A DNA stretch of 63,912 nucleotides, the filler included, from Folioceros fuciformis (lineage: Eukaryota): assembly GCA_049999805.1 (NCBI GenBank). It is 13 parts of 13 records of this genome, joined end to end, with 100 filler letters (N's around TTAATTAATTAA, not from the genome) between each part and the next. Parts side by side here need not be neighbours in the genome. Positions count along the whole stretch, not along the records: positions 34,790 to 39,287 come from JBNGIO010001649.1; positions 39,388 to 40,853 come from JBNGIO010001650.1; positions 40,954 to 50,364 come from JBNGIO010001651.1; 10 more parts are not named here. One strand, written 5' to 3'. The notes under the pieces were generated by a model that worked only from the letters and a program-made list of their open reading frames with translations, had not been told where the DNA came from and searched no databases. Made by a program: the position numbers and the translations under genes. Below are positions 35,480-48,522 of this stretch, piece after piece (within the stretch, counting starts at the first letter, position 1; each line of letters starts with the position of its first letter).

Positions 35480-36235
35480 TTTCCTCCACAGGAAGCTTGG
35501 AAGAGGAGACATCGGTCAAAAGGAAATGGAAGGCAGGAGCCGGGCGAAAGACCCCCGCAAAGAGGAGGAAAGTGAGCGTGCACGTCACCAGGTCAGCAAC
35601 GAATTTGGCGCTGTAGGAGTCTGGTTAGAAAACAGGGGCCAGGCAGCCGACCACCTCCTCAACCGAACCCGAGGAATCGACGCCAGCTAAGGAGGCAAAA
35701 CCGGCTGAGGTGGCAGGGAAATTAGGGCTAACCCCGGGGGAAGAACTCTTTCCAAGGTAGGAAGAGATCTTCAAGGACACCCCCTTGGTGGCGAATTTAC
35801 AGATTGAGAACTTGGCAAGGGTGCCCACCCTGTTGGGGAGGGGAATCCTAGACAAAGGGATGGCTACTAGAGGCGCACCCCAACAGGTGGATTTGCCAGG
35901 CTTGATAGCAGCCATGATCTAGGCGCAGGCAAATATGCTAGATCAGGCTGCACGGGCGCTCACTTGGCTAAGCATGCAGGGACAGAAAGAAGAGGAGGTG
36001 CAAGCCAAGCTGTCTGAAGCGGAAGCAAGGTGGGAGCAACTGGAGGAAGCCCGACAGGCCTTGAGTGCACCGAAGGCGCAGGCGCACGAGGAAGTACGCC
36101 AAGCTCGGGAAGAAGTAGAGGCAATGAAAGATCAGCATGAACTTCTCCTGACTCAAGTCAAAGAGGTCCACGAAGCCAACCAGGAAATGCAACAGGAGTT
36201 GTTGAGAGCGCAGGAGCAGGAGGCGGCTGTAGTGG
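35480..36235 (+). pseudogene. Decayed coiled-coil retroelement accessory ORF, copy A
   Basis: Paralogous to about 37620-38570 (GAPQQVDL.GL.AAM, MLDQ.ARALTWLSMQGQKEEE, ELLLTQV.E.H.AN.EMQQELLRAQ); contains in-frame stops. Confidence 0.6.
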
Positions 36236-37178
36236 TGTAGAGGAAAAACTGTTCCCCTTGCCAAGCGTCAGACTTGGTGGTTTTTGATTTTTTTTGTGAA
36301 GAAAAGGAGAAAGCAGCTTAAGTTGAGAATAAGTGGGAGCATATATACACAAGGCTTCCTTGGACCTTGAAGTTCTGAGGTAGACCAGTAACGGGACTGT
36401 TTGGTCCATGGGTCTTGGTGGTAGAATAAACGCTAGGGAGCCTATATATGTGGATCCCCCCCCCCTTGTAGTTAGGAAATAAGAGACAACCTCTAGGCAA
36501 GGAGGGTCGTGGACTTAGGCTAGAAAATAAGGAAGTTGAGACTCAGCAACGGTGGGGGAAGGTGAACCACCATCATGGAAGGGACAACTGGTAATGGAGC
36601 TCCGATGGGTAGCGGAATCGAAGCGGCCAAGCAACGGAAAACCCTAAGTAGGACCACGAGGGTCCGGGTGTAATTTCAAAAAGGAGCGCAACAGCAGTGG
36701 AGTCGAGGAGCGAAAGTGGTGGACGGGGTGTGAGCTGAAAGCAAGCAACCGGAGCGAAGACATGACCGAGCACGGCAGCTCCTGAGCAGGACAGGGATAG
36801 TGCGGACGTCGATCAACCAAGGGAACGTGCGGCGTCAGGGAAACGATTGAGAAGGATGAAGATGGAAGGAACGGCTGTGGAGCTGGTGCCGCCAGGCGTG
36901 GCCAGGAACATGGACCAGGTCCTTGTGCCCCATGTAGAGGTCGCCTTTTGGCCAAACATGGATCACTGGAGGGCCAATGCCGGAGGGCTAGTGGAGGAGC
37001 TAGGCTCGGGTTCATGGCCCAACGGTGGAACCATGTGGCACCCGCCTTGGTGCAGGAGTGTGCACACCGACTAAGGAATCAGGCAAAGGGGGAAGGAATC
37101 AGGGGGAGTCCTCAGGATTGGAACGTCGGACTGGTCCGAACCGTGTATGGGTGCAGCTAGAAGGAAGCCGGGGGGCTG

Positions 37179-38630
37179 GTGATTGAGTCCTTCAGGAAAC
37201 GTGGCACCATGGCAGCAACGGTGGCACTGTTCAAAGCGGGGATAGGAAAGGAAGCCAATGATTGGTTGGCACGAGAGATGGCAACTGCCCAACTCATGGG
37301 GTTGGCCAGGTGGCTCTTGTGTTTTTTACAGAACAGGTTGCAAGACTACTTGTTGGACCACATGCTCCTGTTTCTGCATGAGGTGGTCAAGGGGAGTAAG
37401 ATTGATTGGGGGAAGATCATTTATGATCGACTGAATGAGGAGAAACAGAAGCTGACCTCCCCCACTCCCCGTCCGTCGCTGATCTCGCCGTTCCTTGTGC
37501 ACTTATATTGTCATGCTAACAGCTTGCGAAAGATGGAAGTCGTTGCCTCCTTGCACATGTGGAAGCCGGTTAGGTGGAAGCCGGAGGAGCTGAAGGGAGA
37601 AGCCAAATCTAGCAGCTGGGAGTCAGGGGCCAGGGGAAGCTCAGAGGAGGAAACGACGGCCAGCAGGAAGAGGAAAGTAGGAGTGGGGCAGAAGACCCCT
37701 GCAAAGAAGAGGAAGGTCGGTGGCTGTGCCGCCAAAATCACGGGAGATTTAGCGCTGTAGGAGGTCGCCCAGAAGGTGGGTGACAGGTCATTGAGTGCAC
37801 CTCAGGAAATGGAGCCAGGAGAGGGAGCGGGCCCAGCTGAGGTGGCAGGCAAGTTAGGGCAAGTGCAGGAGGAAGAACCCTTCCCAAGATGGGAGGACAT
37901 TTTCAAGAACATTCTTGTGGTGACCAGGCTGCAGGAGGAGGATCTGGCCAGGGTATGCACGCTGCTGGGAAAGCGGATACTGGATAGGGGGATGGCTGCC
38001 GAAGGCGCACCCCAACAGGTGGACTTACTAGGCTTGACTGCGGCCATGGTTCGGGCACAGTCGGATATGTTAGATCAAGTTGCACGGGCGTTGACTTGGT
38101 TGAGCATGCAAGGGCAGAAGGAAGAAGAGACATGGGCTAAGTTGATTGTGGCCGAAGTGAGTCGGTAGCAACTGGAGGAGGTTCGATAGGCCTTGAGTGC
38201 AGCCAAGGAACAAGCGCAAGAGGAAGCACGCCAAGCCCAAGAGGAGATGCAGACGCTGAAGGAACAACAGGAGCTGCTCCTGACTCAAGTCAGGGAGGCC
38301 CATGGAGCCAACAAAGAAATGCAACAAGAGCTGTTGAGGGCCCAACCCGCTCCTCCACTTGTAGAAGAGGAGAGAGTGCAACCAGCTCCGGTCGAGGCGC
38401 TTGTGCTTTGTAAATCAGGAAGGATTTCACGTCCTCCTAACAGGTACGTTGCATCTCTTGATTATGTCATGCTGACGGATTGTGGGGAGCCCTCTTGTTA
38501 CCAAGAGGCCATGTCAGTAACTGACAAGGACAAGTGGGAGAAGGCCCAAGAGCAGGAAGCGGCCGCAGTGGAAAAAGTGCAGAAACTGGGGGACAAATAT
38601 AAGCGAGAACGGGACGAGGCCCGAAGTTGA
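37179..38630 (+). pseudogene. Decayed retroelement accessory ORF, copy B (plant-transposon/ATHILA-ORF1-like segment, basic NLS-like patch, coiled coil)
   Basis: IDWGKIIYDRL...SLISPFLVHLY motif, RKRK/KKRK patch, then coiled coil. One reading frame broken by TAG stops at 37758 and 38166. Confidence 0.55.
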
Positions 38631-39449
38631 GTAAAAGGAAAAGGGAAGGCAAGACAAAGTAGCGGAGTGGCAACGGAGGTAGCCAAAGGGGCTACCGCTT
38701 AGAGAGAGACCATGCCGTTAAAGGAAAGCCCGACCAAGGTAGAGGAGGCAGCGACCGTTGAGGAACCCGCAACCGGCAGAGCTGGAATGGCAACCTGCAC
38801 TAGGAGGACGGGACAGCGTGGAGCGGCAGCTAGGGGGCCAACTATTTCCTGGTCAATTAACCTAATTAGCACAAAGAAAAATAGGAAAAATGACCAAAAA
38901 ATAAAGAAAAATTAGGGAAAAGAAGTAGAAAAAGAAAACAAACCATACCACTATTAACCCTTTTTCAACCAAAACAAACTACTACCCCAAACTTTGGAGG
39001 TTAACAACAGCCCATCCCAGCGATCCGCATTAAGCAAACACGCTTGAAAGAAACACCAAATTGTAAACGTGACCTTGGGGGGGACTCCTGCGGACTTTCA
39101 TAGGAGCTTGATGGCTTCCCTTTGTCGCCATCCAGCTAGCTATAGTCGGGGCGCCATTGGTTGTCTTTGCTTGACTTTCTGCGCTCGAACCAACTAAAGG
39201 AATAGGTCCGCCGTTGGGAAGTTGAAGAAAGATCGAGAAATATCCTTCTTGCACCCCGGACGCTTGGGCCACCTATAAAGATCTGGTNNNNNNNNNNNNN
39301 NNNNNNNNNNNNNNNNNNNNNNNNNNNNNNNTTAATTAATTAANNNNNNNNNNNNNNNNNNNNNNNNNNNNNNNNNNNNNNNNNNNNGCTCCTCCTTCTC
39401 CGTCGCGCTTCCTCCCTCCCTTGTTCTTAGTCCCCCTAGTTTAATGTTT

Positions 39450-40853
39450 TAGGGACCATATACGGTCCGTATACGTACACCCCCCCTTCTTGTATTTTAC
39501 ACGGTTTAGATATGTATTTGATATGTATTGATACGTATACCATATATGTATCCCCGTATTTTTTTTTCCTAATTTCCCCTTTTCTATTTTCATCCCTATT
39601 TATCTAGATTTAAATCGAGAAATTCCAATTCAACTTTGTTTCGCCTGCTTTCTTCTCCTCCTAGTTCAGGGCCTATTCCAGCACCCCAAGGTCAGTCTTC
39701 TACCGTTTTCAGGCTAGGTTTTGGCTGCTGATCCCTTTGCTTCCTACCTCGTCTCTATCTTTCCCACCACTCATACTCCTCCCCTAGAGGCTGGCTCAGC
39801 CACCAAGGGTGAACAGTTGTAGGGCAAGACTTAGCGGGCGGCCATCCAACAAGGAAGAGGCGGCGTCCGCAAATCTTTGAAGATCAGACATCCTCCGAAG
39901 TCTCAGGATAGTCTAAGAGGTGGTAGATCCTTGTGGTGGTAGGGCCAGCTCATTGGTGGCAGGATGTGCTAGAAGTCTAAATAAGTGGCTGGTGATAGTC
40001 GGCTAGGCTAGTGGTCCTATTAAAATAATATTTTGTCAAGTTAGAGAGAGATGAAGTCAGAGAGAGAGAGGCTCCTATAAGATCAGGTGAGCCTGTAGGA
40101 GGAGGTAGTCATTCACTTTGGGAGTCAGTCTGTCACTTCGTAAGCTCTTGGAGGTACTCTCTACATGAGCTCTTGTGGTCTGTCCCTGCTTGGGTTAGGA
40201 CCTGCAGTGTGTTACCGGCTGTGCAACGTCTGGTAGGATCGCAAGCCGCGTGTTGCCGGTTGTACAGTGTCTGGTAGGATCACAAGGTGTAATGACCAGG
40301 GTGAAGGGGCTTGCCCCTAGCTCTTGATTGTAAAGGATGTGTCTTTCTCTCAACCTGTCCACTCTTGTTCCCTGTTTGGACAAGTGCTGAAGGCCGGCCA
40401 TGTTTCATGGCGTCTGGTAAGGTTGTGGGGAGGAGATATCCGAGAGGGGAGTGCGTTCCCTTCTTTCTTTTCTTTGGGGTTAGTCTAGTGACTCTTGCCA
40501 GGTAGGAGGAGTCAATAGGGAAGTGTAGAAGGTAGTGGTGTCGTTGTTAGTTGCTGGTGTTGGTGTTGGAGCGAGAGAGTGAGTGAAGTGAGTGAGGGAA
40601 GTCGCAGATTTGAGAGGTTAGGGTCGTTGTAGTGACTAGAGTGAGTTTGTGGGCACAGAGAGAGGTGCAGCTGACCGCTGGACAGTGAGGCATGTCCTAC
40701 GCCTGATCGGAGCTGGAGCGGAGCCCTTGAATCCACCATCGAGTCGATTGAGTCCGACCCTCCTTCCACAGCAGCAAGGAACCCCATCGCTCCTTCGTGA
40801 GAACGGAACCCAATGTCTCAACGACAGTGGGATAAGTGTGGCCACTAAAGGTG
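39450..40853. repeat. LTR-like interspersed repeat, copy 2
   Basis: Co-linear with about 9760-11247, with substitutions and indels including one fewer internal 41-bp unit. Confidence 0.85.
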
Positions 40854-40953
40854 NNNNNNNNNNNNNNNNNNNNNNNNNNNNNNNNNNNNNNNNNNNNTTA
40901 ATTAATTAANNNNNNNNNNNNNNNNNNNNNNNNNNNNNNNNNNNNNNNNNNNN

Positions 40954-43900
40954 TGTTAAAGCTGGATAGAACAGCGTCCAATGCCCTGCTTCATGCGTAT
41001 TGTAAAATCACCCGGGCGACCTGCAGCATCTTGCGAACTGCAGTGGCCCTTGCCGACATGCGCGAGGTGAGCTCCTTTAGATGCCGATAGTTCAGGTCTT
41101 ACCGCATGCAAAGCTAAATTGGCTTTGTGGTTGATCCGAAGGGCCTCATGGTAGGTGCTGATATCAGTCCGAATCTGACAGGAAGAAGATTTCTTCACTG
41201 TATCATATGGCCTCCCCTTGGAGGGAGAAGACGACAACAAGTGCCTGTCTATAGTAAACTCAGTTGAAGAAACTGTTGCTAGGAATCTGCGGGGATGTAA
41301 AGGGGTCTCTGGCAAGAAAAAGCAGGTGGAAGGTATGGAATCCAGTTGTTACGAGCTGTGTGGTCGACAATATGTCCTTCAGTTATGCGGCTTTTTGATT
41401 ATGTCCTCCCTTCGTGCCTAGAAACAGATCTTGAGCCGCTACAGGATGACCCTGAACTCGAAGAAGGGTTTTGTCAAGCTGTTTTGTGTCGCTTGAGATT
41501 TCGGAAGGTCTGTTTTTGTATCTGGTAATAAGTGGTTGATACTGCCTCTTATGGTTGTACCTTGTACAATGCTCAGAAAATTGAATTTTGGCTGTGGGGT
41601 ACAGGCATTCTATCATGCTATTGTGTCCATGGAAAAGCGCAATGAGAGGGGCTTAGAAATGGCACGCAAGCACATTTCCACTGCTCGTTCTGAACTTGGG
41701 GCAATTCGAGTGTCAGCAAAGTTTCTGGAGAAATTTCCAGGGGCAGCACGGGAGCAAGTTATGAGATCTGCAGACTATGTCTGCTCCACAGCATCTGGGC
41801 AAACAGCTATTGGTTTTGATGAGAGTGTGAACAGGCGACTTCTTGCTCCTACTCCCCCTCGTTCCATCAAAATACTGTGCTGGGATGCGGTGAGTTATAA
41901 GAGAGGTGCAGTTGATTGGAGGGTAGTTATTGCCTGAGTGCTAGTCAACTTTTTAAGGGAAACTGTTTATGGATGGGTGTCTGTTTGCTTCTCGACAAAG
42001 ATGTACAGTAGACTGGAACTCTCAAGTGGCACAGTGGCTGATGCGTGGGGATGTTCACAAGTGTGCTGTTGTGTCAGGCTCTAATATATTTTGAGCAGTT
42101 GCTCAATGATCTAGATCGCATATGCTCAGTTCCCTTTGATCTAGGTGTAGAAGAGTTGCTCCAGTTTGTTGTGGACTTCCAAAAGTCTCACCCAGACCTT
42201 GTTGCAAGAGCTCGATTGCAGGTACACTGATTGCTCACAGCGTCTTCTGAGTTTGGTTTGACGTTAAGCGTTTATATCTGTATCCATGTGTTAGCAGTGC
42301 AATATGCTGTCCCTTGCAGGTGTGTTCTGAATTATTCCAACCAGTCTAAGATTTGGGCTGATGTAGCTTGGCATGGTTTCCCTTTCCAGACAACAGTTTT
42401 ACAAGATGGGAAGATTTTTGGGAAGGACCCTACTTTGTACGCACTCTCCAAGGTGATGCCACAAGATAAGGAGGCATTGTCTAACTGGACCTTTGAAGGA
42501 CAGGCTGGTCGAGTGAGTCACGTTATACTAAACAATTCTGTTGACTTTCCATTTCACATTGTCTGACCATATTTTCTGTAGGGTTATCTAGTCAGACCAC
42601 CAATGCTTTGCTACTCAGTAATAGAAAACTTTCTCCTTTGCAGCTGACTGTTCGCCTCTTGAGAATACTCTGCACAAACCCTGCATGGCAACGCCGGAAG
42701 CTGGGGAGGGTTATTAACGACTGGGGTAGCCTTTTACAGCAGGTGTTGAATATGTTGCTTTGATCCTGGTACATGTCTGCCTCCTTTGACTTAGACGCAC
42801 TGACCTTGCTTTGATCTGATTGGGCAGGCTGAATTCACTCGTGAATGCCCTCAGCATTTAAGTCGTGTCAACATTGGATATAAGAAGGTAGGCGCATGTT
42901 AAAAGGCCAGGTTTGAGCTAGGCTGTTGTCCTGTTGCAATGAAAGCTGTACAAATTTAATAACGCTTTCTGTGTGACTGTGATGTCCAGTACTGGTGGAC
43001 GGAAAATCCTTTCATGGGATGGGCAGCTGAACAAATATGTTGGATCGTTGGACATTTTCTTATGCTTGGCTTTGAGCTGGAGCTGTATTCAGCATCCGAG
43101 TACTCTATGGTGTATTGGTACAGACGCAGGATAACCAGTTGACCGTGTTATTGTACTCATTATCTCATCCTTTAGGATGCTTGGGATTGGGCGGTATGGG
43201 TGATTGTTCCTAATGTTGCTGGTTATGTTTAACATGTAGGTACCTGAATCATGTTCTGTTAACGCTCCTTCAATACAAGCTCGCGAAGGAAAAGGCTTCA
43301 GAGGAAGCAAACTCAACTGACAGTTTTGACTCGTGTATGTGAAGCCATGTTCATTTTGAGTGCAATGTTGTTCCATTTTGTTGAAGGGATGCTGTGTACT
43401 GCGCATGATCAAGTTCAGAAATCCAGAGGGACCAAACAGCTTAGAGATCCTGCATATCGAACGTACCAACATGCATCTTAAAGGGAGGTCAGGGGGAGTT
43501 AGTATGCATGCAGGGTGAGATCATGACTGTTGGCGTTGCCTCCCTAGGCTCACGCAGAAGGCATCACTTTCTCTGTTGTTATCATCATCAGCCAAAAAGA
43601 AGGGCAAGAAGAAAAAGGCGGCTACAAAGGGAGGAGGAAAGGAGACTCGACTGAATGCATCTGTTCTCCTTCTCCAATGCTACATTGATCTTTGCAAGGG
43701 CTTTATTTGGGTATTGAGCTGTCGGCTTGTGCCACGAGTGTCTTCCCGGGTGGCATAATTTTTGTGAACCTTGCGTGCGCCTTCAGATTTGTCACCTCAT
43801 CGCCCTATGTAGTGTCTCATGTGCCTTATTTTGCAGAAAATGTTGAGGAAAGTGCTTACCACCGGATCTGGTCGTTTGTATCAGATGCTTGCAGCGTTGA

Positions 43901-44503
43901 CGAAGGATGGCAAATTAATCCATCGTGATACTATTTTCAACCAGGAGCAGGAGGTCTGTCCCCTAGTCTTTTTCTTCCTTTTTCAGCTCTCAACTTTTCT
44001 GTCTATTCTTCCAGTGGTGCAAGACTGTTAGATGACTGACAAACATTATGTGTTTATGGGACAGAGATACGTGCAAAGGTTTGAGCTTCTCCAAAGGATC
44101 ATTGTCCCAGAGCCAATGACATACTACCGTTACAGAGAAGCCACAAGACATAAAAGTGTTCCGGTATGTGTGTGAACTGTGTTGGAACTTCTTGCTACTG
44201 TGACCAGTTCACTGAACGTTTGAAATGCAGGTGAAGGACCTCTATCAGCTCTCGTACGACCATTTCATGTCTGTCCAGCAGCATCTTCAAGAACTGGGGC
44301 AGGCTGTGTCCAAAGGTCCGGAGCTGTCAGGGGTGAGCCGGACTCAGAGAACGTCGGAAATCAGGCAAATGGAGCAGGTTGCTCTAAGGAACCGCATGGC
44401 ATTGCAGGTTGCCCATCAAGCAGGGCCGGGAGACAACCTGAAAGTCTCTTTCGAATTTTCGTATCACCCTTGTTTTGCAGTCGCTGTTGTGAGGAAGTCG
44501 TGA
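40954..44503 (+). CDS. NAA35: N-alpha-acetyltransferase 35, NatC auxiliary subunit (5'-partial, multi-exon)
   Basis: Motifs [98 protein letters not shown]. Confidence 0.93.
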
Positions 44504-45858
44504 GCCTTCGAGGACTGTCAACCCTGCCGATTTCGAGGGCGGCACAGAGGTTGCTCAGATTGGGACACAAGACAACGAAAGTTCGACACCATTGACTTCG
44601 AGGAGTTGCAGCTGATGGGTACTACTGCGTTGCAGCCTGGGCCTCGAAAATTGTTGAATCCGAGGTCGCACACGAAAGTGGCGATCTGAACTCACACATG
44701 TTGCGAAGCCGGTGTTTCGCTATCCTTGCTCGCTGGGTACAGCGACGATGAGTGGGCAGATGTGTCAAACACATCTTGCTCGTGAACCCTGGTTTTTTCC
44801 CATAATCGTAGGGTGCCAGAGAGAAGTTTGACGCACCCGGCCCACCTTGCAAACAGGTAGTTCCAGCTCTCGAGGCCCCGGTGGATTGTTGACTTGAAGT
44901 GGCCCTTGCCAGCGAGTCCATCATCTGCCACACAAGTCTACACGCCGTATCGTGCACATAACATGGATACATACATCGCCAGTTAAAAGGAGACGTGAGA
45001 GGTTTCATCCATGCAGCCTCAAAGCACGACCATTTGCTACCTCGTGGTCCCACCACTCGAACTTTATACCGATACATTTTAAAACACCTCACTCACGGCG
45101 TGTGGTGTTGTGGATATAATCTCCTCAACTCTGACACAAGTGTTACATTTCCTTTTGAATTTTATAATATATTTCAGCATATTTTTAGTTATTATTATAT
45201 GAAACGTATTACATATCATGCACCCATGCCAAACATTAAAGGTATCATACAAAACATGGAGACTTGTATTTCTCAACATCTATGTTGACTCTGTTCATTC
45301 CAAGTTTCTCGAGAGCTGTGGTGATTTCAGTAGACAATGTAGCATGTAGTATCATCGCCCAAGGCTCAACACAGCTATGGGCCTGACCCTATCATCCAAG
45401 GTGACCATGCTAGCTAGCGTCAGGTTTTGTTGTGGGCTCGTAACTGCAAGGAGGTTTCCGCTGTCCTGGGCCACATGTATCCCTTCTAGGACTACTATGC
45501 TTCCCCATCTGCACCAGGACTTCACTTCTGCACCGTCTTCACCTTATTGCAGGTGCTTTATGCTACATTTGTGGAATGAGGATAGTATCGAAGTGGCAAT
45601 TCCGGGCCTAGTGAGCAAACACCACACTCCGACTTCACTGTATTGCTTAGGTGCCTGTCGAGCACAAAAGCGGCTTCATGAAGTCGAAATCGGGGAAAGC
45701 CTTCTCATCGATACCCTTAGTAGTCACCCAGTATCACCTCAAGAATCAGAAACTTTCCACCGTTTAACTACGTTTCCACCGTATAATTCACAAGCAAAAC
45801 ATGAACAAGTTGCCCAAGAACACACGATACAAGGCCACAAGCCTGGAAGACTTGGCGC

Positions 45859-47089
45859 CTATGAGTATCCCTCCAGCATCACATACACGAACCCGTGGTT
45901 CTGATCTCTGCCGTAGTGCCTGCGAAACCACCAACAGAAAAGGACCGTGAGGCAGAAAGCAGGCAAGGAGGTTCCACTAACAAGTGCGATCTAATGACGA
46001 AGCATACGAACCGCTTGTACAGGATGTAACCCAAAAGTGCCAAGCCAGCCACAGCAACCAAACTAATCAGGGATATTAAGAGTGCGGCCCAAACAGGCAT
46101 CCCCTTGTGCTGTCGTAGACCACAGGCGGGGTTATTACATGCCTCCAACGCCTGGGGCTGCAAGAGCCATCCAACCAGAGAACACGTGAGATCTCGTATC
46201 TCGGCTGGACAAAGACAAAGAAGCAGAATGAATGAACTTACTCAAATCATACCTTAGCCAGGAGAAAGCACCTTGCGTCCTCCACAATGAGCTGGGGCGT
46301 GTCAGATATTAACACACAAGACACATCTCTCCGCCTAATAGCATGGCTGCCGCTACAAGAACAGCTACTCCAGACTCCAGTCACCCACGTGGTTAGCTCT
46401 GGGGTCGTGCACACGGAAGAAGTGAATCTCACACACCTGTCTCAGGTCGCAGTCACAAAGTGGTGGAGAGCGACACAGAGTTTAGGTTTCTGAGGGAGGT
46501 CGGGACTCACCAGGATCTACATATTGCACACTCAACTGGGCACCTGTCCTGCAATATCCAGCAATTGCTCTCTCTTGTGTAATCGTTGGTTCAGAGCAAT
46601 CACTGCAGCAGACATCATGATACGGAAACTCCGAAAACTCCAACTTGGTAGAACATCTCCCACATACGTCACTCTCTACGGCAAATTCTGCACGAGAAGA
46701 CGCACAGAGCCTGTTGGTTTCCGGGCCTCGTCAACGACAAACCCTCCCTGAGCAGCTCTGAAATTCACCTTCGCCTCTCACGCATTAACCCCCTCTCTTA
46801 CAACACGTCCAGATCACCAATTCCCCACAATCTCAGCTAACAGGCCGACCCACTACTGCGCCCGGCCCAACAGTTCAGAACCCAATCCAAAAATTTCACG
46901 CAGCTAAGCCATCTGAGTCTCAGTCAGCAGCAGAAGAGTTGACGCAGTCTGCAAGATGAAGCCTGGAGGTGAGGAGCTAGCTGTGACACCTTCAGCAGAC
47001 GTTTCAACAAAGAGGATGCAGAGGCACACAAGACCCCATAGCGCAGCACAAGGAAGAATTCGATGCCGCTCCATGCTGCCTCTCCCCAT
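45859..47089 (-). CDS. Type-I membrane protein with a Cys-rich region and a thrombospondin type-1 (TSP1) repeat; 5 exons
   Basis: Exons about 46990-47089 (donor uncertain), 46511-46687, 46253-46398, 46012-46157, 45859-45919, with compatible phases. Signal peptide; CGRCST..CCSDCSEP..GYCRTGA; WVTGVWSSCSCSG..RRRDVSC..RC..P....ACNNPAC; TM helix; tail GFVYVMLEGYS*. Confidence 0.8.
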
Positions 47090-47316
47090 CAACAATGCCG
47101 AGTGGCGCTCGCATTTGATCGCATATATCCATTGACTCGGCAACTTTTTCCTAGCTGGTGCTTTCCCAACAGACGGCAAATCCACAGTTACTGAGTGAAA
47201 ATCGTGAGACTATCTACACTGTCTGGCCTACACCGTTAACCATCCATGGTTAGTGTAACCGGACCGGGTGACGAAGAATGCTTATCACCGGCGTCTGTTT
47301 CTTCGGTGGCCTCCAG

Positions 47317-47995
<679 letters not shown>

Positions 47996-48019
47996 AAAAC
48001 TTTACGAGCCACATTCTAT

Positions 48020-48039
48020 GGTGTTTTTCAACACCACCC
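48020..48039 (+). terminator. Histone 3'-UTR stem-loop (histone3-type, SLBP-binding consensus)
   Basis: GGTGTT-TTTC-AACACC is a 6-bp stem with a 4-nt UUUC loop, followed by ACCC, 24 nt after the H4 stop. Confidence 0.8.
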
Positions 48040-48522
48040 TTCTGAGGTGATTTGTCGCTCATCCCTGTGGATGTTTGAAGGGAAGCGTTTACTTTGTGCA
48101 TGGCTGCAGTGCCTTTGTGTGTAGGCCCTAGCCATTGCTTTGCCCAAGGCTGCAGATTGCCTCGCCATGGTTATTTTCGTTGGGGTTTGCCATGGCTGTA
48201 TCTTGCTTCCTGTCTTTGTACTATCCAGATCTTGACCTTGTGCAGCTGCTGGTTCCATGTGAGGCATCAATTCGAAGTGAACGTGCATCTCATGGACTTG
48301 CCAGACTGAGGTTGTGTTGTAAAGTACGCGAGACTATCTAAGTTAGGGTTTCATTTTCGTAGAAAGGCAAATATATTCTGTCGGCAGGATAGAGAACGTG
48401 GCAGTCTTGCTTAGGACCCAAGCTATGAAAATTGTGAGCCTGTCCTTATTTTGCAATATAATCTAACAGTTGACAGTGTCTCAGCAAAGCGTTCAACTTA
48501 CCTCGCTTTCCCTTGTCTGCCA

